From Candidatus Latescibacterota bacterium (GTDB lineage Bacteria; Latescibacterota; UBA2968; UBA8231): a stretch of DNA of 64,000 nt. Both the position numbers and the translations under genes were made by a program. The stretch covers positions 3,680,001 to 3,744,000 of the forward strand of contig OZ241362.1 in assembly GCA_965200315.1 (NCBI GenBank), read 5' to 3'. Below, in pieces: positions 58,001 through 64,000 of this stretch; the stretch's first letter is position 1, and each line of letters opens with the position of its first letter. The notes beneath the pieces were generated by a model. It was not told the origin of the DNA. It saw nothing but the letters and a program-made list of their open reading frames with translations, and did no database searches.

Positions 58001-58400
58001 CTCGGAGAGCCGCGATTTTGAACCAACTACTGGGGGAAGCGGCGGCGAGCAGCCCCTGCGCGGCACCCGCGACCGAGAGCAGGTGACCACCACCTTCAAG
58101 ATCACCCATAACCTCAAGTCGCGGCGACTGCCCCTAATAGGCCGGCTCAAAAGCGACGTCACCCTCAATTTAGAACAGAAGTTTGAAGGAGAAACGCGCT
58201 CCATCGCCACCGGCAACGAAGAACGCTTCACCAATGGCAAAGAGAACCGCTGGCGCACTCAGTTGTCCATGACCTACAATTTCAGCACGAATTTCCGCGG
58301 CGAGGGGCGGATTCGCATCGAAAACAACAAGGACCACCTCAGAGACAAGACGCGAAAAATCCGCGAAGTGCGGCTTTCGGGCACATTTTTCCTCCGCTAA
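52008..58400 (+). CDS. sprA: SprA/Sov-like type IX secretion outer-membrane translocon
   Basis: 2130 aa. NQIKLDYEGEEDSIFQEVQAGN..KGLFGI, TWDLEWKNVY, YIDDFE, PDTEDLNNNG, REQSL, NELRL; aromatic barrel end SGTFFLR. Confidence 0.85.
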   Translation: MNLEVFLRFSRQAFSSWLCVCLLSVVSYAEPSLHFEPLYGLLSQRFAVPSQTAFGAGQPLLPAPDRAPISYQAAVDSMGVAHYGRRVSGFPEGPTVAVALDDYLRIEYQAKHRQLWRQQIRRDFRSTASKQRQRRGSRFEWTVPFSAPKPLRRFIGDEGPSLALNGSRTIIISGKSEWTDGEVQTSFGRSSKFPSLGIEQESDFTVEGKVGELINIRIDQDTQNFGSAVGSNLGDQLSNQIKLDYEGEEDSIFQEVQAGNTTLELPNTRFVGFRQKNKGLFGIRAKGHVGPLTFTTVASHEKSKSNRQTFKGGAAIDTLQLKDYQYIRNTYFFLHEFYRAHLPDFRRLLNGAQFGPENFVDISRLEVYINDFNTRNDAELFAKPGVAWVDPSDSLSTIECFDAAGNLLRNSGCFEEGTWHRLDPDDDYSVVAEAGYIILNRPVSDPYAMAVHFKTNAPDFDGTLQQETTRLKAGAESDSLYLKLIKARNPRPGFPTWDLEWKNVYRIASGFSTGRRFDPKTLQIDIAKEVPGQEDQLSQQGRSYLQILGLDERGKDPGSASDRVIDADYIGLDDIRGHLIFPDQRPFDPRSNKYRGLLDEPVSAIYDEQQQRAQIEASRYKILVRAASSEQRIRLGGIFGGVRPETVEVQLNGRSLTRDTDYRVDYTGGVTFIGSVAQEVADPGADLEISFESEDVFNIGSQQKTLLGLRTEYEFWGGDGRMGSTMIYNNERSSDRRVRVGNEPTRTVIWNLDLRARREVPILTRVVDMLPLVKTAVPSEVTLDAEIAQSRPNLNTKGRGYIDDFEDSERPISLVVNRTRWAPASAPAGARFGAENRAHFIWYNPYNGVLRTDIWPNQEEQIEAQNRRTDILALELLPRLEAAESWGGVSLAFSTVNDLSESKFLEVWVRGQEGTLHVNLGDQINEDYIANGRLDTEDEPFPGQAAGDGLVSREEDVGIDGRNDEAELNLYLRLQDAAFDTTRSLAERKQAFAALYPDPDPLRPNRSPDDPEGDNWKYDAQHKNDYSHINGTENNKKDVESGDRPDTEDLNNNGVLDRRNNYYHYEIDLSSSHYEIAGTQNKGWRQLRVPLFGPHVERVGLPDSTRIEYARLMLSSEPRADSADTVRTEIALVEIVGNKWQEDEVVQLDDRFPLGDREALDVTVIGTDKSQSYRPPPGVKIRRNVQSRTREREQSLVLAYENLEPGHQMSATRILTRSANYTNYERLRMYVYGDSSGTIEYAHGDSSDLVLFVRFGVDSTNYYETISPIFPGWTGGRKGWKGNQVDVDLPVISQLKALLQSGQADTTTGEFYYTYRVIDSRGAPLDGKSLISQRELDVLHTAGYDPQVERFSLDQVFARSGLRSGEQAIYRVRGNPSMQSIKQLSIGLRNRAANRAYSGRIFLNELRLDEARNDPGLAAYAQINTKLADFANLGGNVLWRQENFRSFTGQGGNSTDREAALSVSTNAQKLLPSSWGFLIPTKVNISRSTSLPRFGPGSDVELTAEEKLEQQAVHSKEFYDVSISRRQGKNFFLRWTLDQMNLRLSHSREHSSDPVRPINEREAQTMNFNYSMPLPKPELRIMNWLPTFMPKGWTRMKFRPLPTSLTYAVNGSRRTSRLLRRGDDQPTAQEDFTLVETYASKLNPLSGLSANYNLKIDRDLRKKFVPDKRSFGREVGRRQTADLGFSLRLVSWLDQNYTFKANYEEQNDPAQRRGAAPIDSISGLPFNTLEIRNQNDLSVRLNFKIPTLLKTLGQSPAQSRKAQQRDDRDRNRNRNMPTAKEGQDEQKQSKDDNKKNQDEEEQSKAKPPQGPNILLRLAGWTGRLVEPVNASWRRNTNSRHFNLLHRPSLSYQLGLEDTLRVRQVSQGLTHQDNWAHTSSFETGSGMRLPFGISIKVNSKEQTTQRSGASQQRLRLRNERTYPRVSLSWGRADRIPLIKRAINSAQVNASFETSEASEGAGSLEPGRLLSEETKTEFRASWNGRWRWGPTTTIERVLSTSESRDFEPTTGGSGGEQPLRGTRDREQVTTTFKITHNLKSRRLPLIGRLKSDVTLNLEQKFEGETRSIATGNEERFTNGKENRWRTQLSMTYNFSTNFRGEGRIRIENNKDHLRDKTRKIREVRLSGTFFLR

Positions 58401-58435
58401 ATCATATTGCCCGGCGCGGCTGTGGGAGGTATTAT

Positions 58436-58801
58436 TTGTTTAATCAACGCGAGCAACGCGCACTCATTGGCCTGACAGCGGCTTTGCTCATCGGGATGCT
58501 CGTCGCCATCGGCGATTGGTATCGTCCCTCGCAGTCAGAGGAATTCAGCGTCGTGCCACGCGCAGTCGCTCCGCCGCCACCGCGCCAAGTGGCAGCCGCC
58601 GAGCAGGGGCCGCTATCGCTCAATTCGGCTACGGTAGAAGAATTAGTCGCACTGCCGGCAATCGGCCCCAAGATCGCCGAGCGGATCGTCGCCTTCCGCC
58701 GCGAGCGCGGTCCTTTTACACGGCTAGAGCAACTAACCGAAGTCAATGGCATCGGTGCAAAGACGCTAGAAAAGCTCCGTCCTTTGATCACAGTGGAGTA
58801 G
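58436..58801 (+). CDS. comEA: ComEA-like helix-hairpin-helix DNA receptor
   Basis: N-terminal TM; LNSATVEELVALPAIGPKIAERIV..GPF..VNGIGAKT. Confidence 0.88.
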   Translation: MFNQREQRALIGLTAALLIGMLVAIGDWYRPSQSEEFSVVPRAVAPPPPRQVAAAEQGPLSLNSATVEELVALPAIGPKIAERIVAFRRERGPFTRLEQLTEVNGIGAKTLEKLRPLITVE

Positions 58802-58824
58802 AGACCACTTTGTAGAAGAAGGGA

Positions 58825-59718
58825 TTGAGATTGTTTGGATTTGGCAGGACAAAGGCCACTGGGATTCACATCAGCGGCCAGACCATGCGCATCGCCGCCC
58901 TAGACGCTGACCGCACTGGCGTCCGGCCGCTAGTCTTGACAGCCGAGGAGTTGGAGCGCCCCTTCGACCCGGTGGCTCTGAGCGACGAGCAGCAGCGACA
59001 AGAGCTAGCCACCAAGTTAGCCGCGCTCGCGGCGACCTATAACTTCGACTATAGCACGGCCTGTTTCTCGCTAGACCGGCGCTTGGGTCTCATTCAGCGT
59101 CGGCCCCTCGTGTCGGGGACTGAGCGCGAAAACCGCCAACAACTCCTGTGGGAAGCCGAGCAGCTTTTGACCGAAGACGCGAAGGCGTTTAGCTGTGATT
59201 TTGTGCTGACCTCCGAGTGGGGCTTTGTGGTGGCGGCGCGCCACCGCGCACTCAATGGCTACCGAGTCCTAGGCAAGGCCACAGCAGCCGGTCGGCTCGA
59301 CGTGGATCTAGTGCCTTTTGCCCTGTACAACGCCAGCGAATGCGCCAATCTGCTCGCCAAAGATACATTCTCGCTCCTGCTCTACGCGGATGTGAGCGAG
59401 GCTTGGCTCCTGCTAATAGCGGAGGGCGAGCTGTATGCACTGACCAGTTGCTGCTGGGAGCAAGAGGATGACGCGCCCGCAGCCTTAGAAGGCGCAGCGC
59501 GCAAACTGCTAAGTGCGGGCGGCAACAGCCCCCAACGCCTGTGGGGCGCCGGCTTCGTGTATTGGAGCGAGGGCTTAGCCGCGCATTTAGGGATGCCACA
59601 TTCAATCCTCGACCCACTCGCCGCCGTCAAACCCAAGCTGCTCGGCAGCACTCCGCCCGCACAGCGATCCGAGTATGCCATTGCCGTCGGGCTAGCTCAG
59701 CGGGGGTTGGTGCGGTGA
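58825..59718 (+). CDS. Divergent PilM-like protein
   Basis: TGIHIS N-terminus, WEAEQ, VDLVPFALYN, ends YAIAVGLAQRG. Confidence 0.65.
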   Translation: MRLFGFGRTKATGIHISGQTMRIAALDADRTGVRPLVLTAEELERPFDPVALSDEQQRQELATKLAALAATYNFDYSTACFSLDRRLGLIQRRPLVSGTERENRQQLLWEAEQLLTEDAKAFSCDFVLTSEWGFVVAARHRALNGYRVLGKATAAGRLDVDLVPFALYNASECANLLAKDTFSLLLYADVSEAWLLLIAEGELYALTSCCWEQEDDAPAALEGAARKLLSAGGNSPQRLWGAGFVYWSEGLAAHLGMPHSILDPLAAVKPKLLGSTPPAQRSEYAIAVGLAQRGLVR

Positions 59719-60668
59719 TCCGCGTCGAGCTTCTCGGTCGCCAACGCCAAGGGCGGTCGCCTTGGTCCAAAGCCTTGCTTTCGCTCCTAGTCGTCTGTGG
59801 CGGACTATACGGCACCCACCACTTCTTTCCCGCGCTGCCCGGGTCGTTTTTTAGCGCGAGTTCTGCCCTTATTGCCGCGGCGCAGCAAGAGATCGCACCT
59901 CCGCAAGAGACCATCCCAAGCTCCGAAGAGGTGATCTCTAGACCGGTGGAAGAAACCGCCTCCAAGCCTGCGGCGCAGCCAGAGACCGCCCACAGCTCTA
60001 CGGCAGAAGCGACTCCGAGTCCTGAGCAAGAGACCGCATCAAGCCCCGTGGTCCAGCAAGAAGCAACACCCCGTCCCAACCCAACGCCGTCCCAGCGCAG
60101 CACGGCCTGCCACCAAGTTATGTGGGTTGACGAACAGGTTCCCACCGGAATTCGCGTGGCTTCGCTGAATTGCAACTCAATCGGGGAATACTGGCTGGAG
60201 GGGACCAGCTCCTCGTACAAAACACTGCGCGAGTTTAGGCTGCGCTTGCAGGCATTGCCATCGCGGGTATCGTTTTCAATTTGGCGGGAGGAGCACACGC
60301 TGCGCTTTTCATTTCAAGGCCGCTTTCCCGAGCGAGATACCCCTCCACTCGCGGTCCTCTCGTCCAACCAAGCAGAGCAATTTTTGGGCAAAGTGGCCCG
60401 CTGGGCCGGCGCCAGTGGCCTAGACAGCCTGTCGTTCGAAGAGCCCATCCATAAGTCCTTGTCGCCGCTGCGTACGCACCAGCGGCAAAAATTGCGCGGC
60501 ATTGGCTCCCCTCAGCAGATCGACTCCTTCTTGCAGCAGTTGCAACAAGCCGAGGCGGCCGCGACTCTCGGCGAGGTTTTGCTCGTGCCCGTCAAAAGCG
60601 ACGAGCGCGGCTGGGTCAAAGCACGGCTCTATGCGGCCGTGGACATTATTGTGGACACCCCCCGATGA
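59715..60668 (+). CDS. PilN-like membrane protein
   Basis: Starts VIRVELL (cf. INLL), single TM, Pro/Glu linker; GTG overlaps the pilM-like stop. Confidence 0.5.
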   Translation: MIRVELLGRQRQGRSPWSKALLSLLVVCGGLYGTHHFFPALPGSFFSASSALIAAAQQEIAPPQETIPSSEEVISRPVEETASKPAAQPETAHSSTAEATPSPEQETASSPVVQQEATPRPNPTPSQRSTACHQVMWVDEQVPTGIRVASLNCNSIGEYWLEGTSSSYKTLREFRLRLQALPSRVSFSIWREEHTLRFSFQGRFPERDTPPLAVLSSNQAEQFLGKVARWAGASGLDSLSFEEPIHKSLSPLRTHQRQKLRGIGSPQQIDSFLQQLQQAEAAATLGEVLLVPVKSDERGWVKARLYAAVDIIVDTPR

Positions 60669-61159
60669 ACGCCTTGGCAGATACAGCCATCTACCCCGGC
60701 AGCTTCGACCCCATCACCTTTGGCCACCTGAACATTCTGGAGCGGGCCTTGGACATCTTCTCCCAAGTCACCCTACTGGTGGCGATCAATCCCAACAAAG
60801 AGCCGCTCTTTTCGCTGGAGGAGAGCCGGGCGATGATCTCCGAGGCCATTAGCCACTGGCCCCAAGCCAAGGTCGATTTCCACGACGGCCTGACCGTTGA
60901 CTATGCTCAGCAGCACAACATCCGCACGGCCGTGCGGGGCCTGCGGGCGGTGACCGACTTCGAGCACGAGTTTGCCATGGCCCTGACCAACCGCTCGCTG
61001 TGGCCAGAGTTCGACACAGTTTTTCTAATGACCAAGGCCGAGTATATGTACCTCAGTTCGTCGGTCGTGCGCCAAGTGGCGCAAATGGGCGGGCAGTTGA
61101 ACCAGTTCGTGCCGCCTTGTATCGAGTGCTGCCTGCGGGAGAAATTCCACAATGCCTGA
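60665..61159 (+). CDS. coaD: Phosphopantetheine adenylyltransferase
   Basis: YPGSFDPITFGH, VRGLRAVTDFEHE, LSSSVVR. Confidence 0.95.
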   Translation: MNALADTAIYPGSFDPITFGHLNILERALDIFSQVTLLVAINPNKEPLFSLEESRAMISEAISHWPQAKVDFHDGLTVDYAQQHNIRTAVRGLRAVTDFEHEFAMALTNRSLWPEFDTVFLMTKAEYMYLSSSVVRQVAQMGGQLNQFVPPCIECCLREKFHNA

Positions 61160-62228
61160 GTCCCGCCGCGAAGTGCAGGCACTGCTCGCGCTGAGCCAAG
61201 CGGAGCGGCCCAAGCGCGTACGGTACTTGCTCGCCCATTTTGGCTCGGCGCAAGAAGCGCTCGCGGCCGCAGACTGGACCGCAGCCGTAGGGGCCAGGGC
61301 GCCCGAACAGCGGCCCACGCAGGCCGACTTTGCTTGGGCTGCCGAGCAATGGCAACGGCTCTGCGCAGCCGGCGGTCGTTGTCTAGTCATAGGAGAGGCG
61401 GGCTATCCCCAACTGCTGGGCCAAATCGCCGCGCCGCCACCCGTGCTGTTTGCGCTGGGGCCAGACGACTTGGTCCCTCCCTCTGTAGCTATCGTCGGCT
61501 CGCGCAAGGCATCGGATAGTGGCAAGCTAATCGCCGCCGAACTAGCCCGCGGGCTAGTGGCCCAAGGCATCTGCATCGTCAGCGGCTTGGCTTTCGGCAT
61601 TGACGCGGCCGCCCACCAAGCCGCGCTAGCAGCCGGCGGGCGCACCATTGCCGTGTTGGGCTGCGGGGCCGACGTGCCCTATCCCCGCACTCACACCCCA
61701 CTCTACCGCCAAATCCGCGAGCGCGGGGCCATCGTCTCCGAGTTTGCTTGGGGAGCGCAGCCGGAGCGGGGGGCCTTCCCGCGCCGCAACCGCATCATCA
61801 GCGGGCTGAGCTTGGGGGTGATCATTGTCGAGGCCCCGCAAAAGAGCGGGGCATTGATTACGGGCCAACACGCGCTGGAGCAAAACCGCGAGGTCTTTGC
61901 CGTGCCCGGGGACGTGCGCTCGGGCCGCAGCAGAGGCTGCCATCAGCTCATCAAAGATGGGGCCAAGCTAGTGGAGGATGTGGAGGACGTGCTAGAGGAA
62001 TTGACCATGTGGGCGTCGCCGGGGCTGCAACACGCACCCACACCCGCGCTTCCCCCGGATGAAGAAAGCGTCTATGCCCTGCTCTCGCGCCAACCCCGGC
62101 ACATCGACGAACTCTCCCAACACAGCACCCTGCCGCCCGCGACCCTGCTCGACGTGCTGCTGAGGTTGGAGCTCGACGGGCTAGTGGATCAGCTCGCGGG
62201 CAAGCGATTTTTGCGGCGAGCGGGGTAA
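61152..62228 (+). CDS. dprA: DNA-processing protein DprA
   Basis: AIVGSR, VSGLAFGID, FPRRNRIISGLS, SGALIT, winged-helix tail. Confidence 0.95.
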   Translation: MPESRREVQALLALSQAERPKRVRYLLAHFGSAQEALAAADWTAAVGARAPEQRPTQADFAWAAEQWQRLCAAGGRCLVIGEAGYPQLLGQIAAPPPVLFALGPDDLVPPSVAIVGSRKASDSGKLIAAELARGLVAQGICIVSGLAFGIDAAAHQAALAAGGRTIAVLGCGADVPYPRTHTPLYRQIRERGAIVSEFAWGAQPERGAFPRRNRIISGLSLGVIIVEAPQKSGALITGQHALEQNREVFAVPGDVRSGRSRGCHQLIKDGAKLVEDVEDVLEELTMWASPGLQHAPTPALPPDEESVYALLSRQPRHIDELSQHSTLPPATLLDVLLRLELDGLVDQLAGKRFLRRAG

Positions 62229-62253
62229 TCCAACACAATCGCCAACCGCTATA

Positions 62254-62400
62254 TCACCGCGGCGAGTCGTCCAAGTCCCCTATCTGCAAAGGTTCATCTC
62301 GGCGGGATTTGTCGCGAAAAAAAGGCCGCATCAAACGCCACAGCACGTATGCTGCGGCGATCACCGCAATGGCGACGGCCACTGGCGTTTGCCAGTCCAT
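62254..62400 (-). CDS. 48-aa FeoB-associated small membrane protein (absent from the ORF track)
   Basis: ATG 1 nt after the feoB stop; MDWQTPVAVAIAVIAAAYVLWRLMRPFF.. Confidence 0.7.
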   Translation of the reverse strand: MDWQTPVAVAIAVIAAAYVLWRLMRPFFRDKSRRDEPLQIGDLDDSPR

Positions 62401-62401
62401 C

Positions 62402-64000
62402 TCAAAAACCCAGCGCAGTGCCGGCCTGGTAGGTCGCCAGCGCGCCGAGATATGCGAGGGTCGTCATATAGCCAAAGCTGAATAGGGACCAGCCATAGGA
62501 GCCGGTCTCTTTTTTTATGACGACTAGGGTCGAGAGGCACTGGGCGCAGAGGGCGAAAAATACCATGATCGACAGGGCCACCGGCAGAGTATAAATCGGG
62601 CGGCCATCCGGCCACGTAGCGGCAGCGAGGGTCGTGCGCAAGCTCTCGGAGCCTTCGTCTTCGCCCGCGCCGAGGCTGTAGATGGTGCCCAAGGCCGAGA
62701 TGATGACTTCGCGCGCCGGGAAAGAGGCCAAGACCGCCATGCCAATGCGCCAGTCCCATCCCAAAGGACGCACCGCCGGCGCGACCCAATGCCCGGCTTG
62801 GCCGAGATAGCTGTTTTCTACCAGCTCAGCCGCTTGGTGCTTTTCCAAGGCCTCGAGGGCTTCGGGAGCGACCGCTTGGCGCTCGGCTTGGTCGCGCTCG
62901 ACTACGGCTTCCGAGCGCGGGAAATATGCCAGTGCCCACATCGCAATCGTCGTCGCCAAGATGAGGCTGCCAGCGCGGACGACAAAAGCCCGGCTGCTGT
63001 GGTACACGCGCAGCAGCACCGTGTGCAGGTCGGGCGTCTTGTAGGAAGGCAGCTCCAGCAGAAAGGGCGGAGGATCGCCCTTGAGCAAGGTCCGCTTGAG
63101 CAACCAAGCCACCGGGATGGCGACGAGTGCGCCGAGGCAATAGAAGGCGAACAGGGTCAGCGTCTGCAAGCCGATGATCCCACCCCACAGCGAGCGGTCT
63201 GGGACAAAGGTCCCGATAAAGAGCACGTACACCGGCAGGCGCGCCGAGCAGCTCATCAGCGGCGCGATCAAGATGGTGGCAAAACGGTCGCGCCGGTCTT
63301 CAATGGTGCGGGCGGCCATGATGCCCGGGACGGCGCAGGCAAAGCTGGACAGCAGAGGAATGAAGGCCGTGCCAGACAGCCCCACGCGGGTGAGCAGCCG
63401 ATCCATCAACAGCGCGGCGCGAGCCATGTAGCCGCTGTCTTCGAGTAGGGCGATAAAAAAGAACAAGATGGCGATCTGCGGCAGGAAGATGAGTACGCCG
63501 CCGACACCGGCGATGAGGCCATCGACGACGAGACTTTGTAGGGCCCCCGGGGGAATGAGCGCGGCCGCGCGGTCGCCGCAGGCGGCGAAGAGCGCGTCAA
63601 TCCCATCCATCAGTGGCCCCGACCACGTGTAAATGGCTTCAAACACCAAGAGGTTGACCAGCACAAAAATCGCCACGCCGAAGAGGCGGTGCGCGAGAAC
63701 GCGGTCGGCCCGATCCGAGCGCCGGCCTTCTAGGCGACTGGGCTGGTCAATAGCCTGCGCGAGCAGACCGTCGATCCAAGCATAGCGGGCGTTGCTTTCT
63801 AGCTCGGACAGATCATCCTCACCGGCCCTGCGCAGGCCGTGCAAGCGGTCCGCGACCCCATCACCTGCGGACGCCAACAAGCGGTGCTCGGCATAGCCGT
63901 CTTCATCAACTAGCGCACGCAGGGCTTCTACCGGAGAGAGCGGCCCGGGGACTGCGGCTTGCAACTCGGCAGTGGCGCGCTGGAGCTGGTCGGGCAAGGC
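62402..64000 (-). CDS. feoB: Ferrous iron transporter B (5' end outside window)
   Basis: GVGGVLIFLPQI, LEDSGYMARAA, FACAVP, MSCSARLPVY, ELPSY, LCAQCLST. Confidence 0.95.
   Translation of the reverse strand, partial: ALPDQLQRATAELQAAVPGPLSPVEALRALVDEDGYAEHRLLASAGDGVADRLHGLRRAGEDDLSELESNARYAWIDGLLAQAIDQPSRLEGRRSDRADRVLAHRLFGVAIFVLVNLLVFEAIYTWSGPLMDGIDALFAACGDRAAALIPPGALQSLVVDGLIAGVGGVLIFLPQIAILFFFIALLEDSGYMARAALLMDRLLTRVGLSGTAFIPLLSSFACAVPGIMAARTIEDRRDRFATILIAPLMSCSARLPVYVLFIGTFVPDRSLWGGIIGLQTLTLFAFYCLGALVAIPVAWLLKRTLLKGDPPPFLLELPSYKTPDLHTVLLRVYHSSRAFVVRAGSLILATTIAMWALAYFPRSEAVVERDQAERQAVAPEALEALEKHQAAELVENSYLGQAGHWVAPAVRPLGWDWRIGMAVLASFPAREVIISALGTIYSLGAGEDEGSESLRTTLAAATWPDGRPIYTLPVALSIMVFFALCAQCLSTLVVIKKETGSYGWSLFSFGYMTTLAYLGALATYQAGTALGF

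Overview
GC-rich bacterial chromosome segment, probably from the FCB superphylum. A Latescibacterota-like origin is inferred from SprA, FlgD-Ig-tailed secreted proteins and WGxIK-ending proteins. The backbone carries secreted/outer-membrane proteins, creatininase, a divergent purF, an aminotransferase/SDR pair, PII, an Opp/Dpp-type ABC operon, fbaB, tRNA-Asp, def, larE, an ATP-grasp-like gene, a LysM amidase, selA, lptFG, a sprA-comEA-pilM/N-like-coaD-dprA run and feoB. There are three accessory patches. (i) ~3.95-6.85 kb: MNT-HEPN fusion, a frameshifted nuclease/glycine-zipper protein and gene remnants. (ii) ~23.2-32.5 kb: a defence island that splits the ABC operon, with a heptad-repeat gene, PLD-SNF2 helicase, gamma-class DNA methyltransferase with an apparently swapped specificity domain, DprA-like SLOG protein and DUF4258/DUF2283-like TA pair. 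(iii) ~34.6-36.5 kb: an HTH-methyltransferase with a damaged convergent endonuclease. The main unexplained signals are a ~290-nt multi-stem, apparently switchable leader RNA upstream of sprA, two classes of C-terminal export tails, recombination scars in the defence island, and a window-wide CCWGG-decay signature. All family calls come from motif recognition by eye; no database searches were run.
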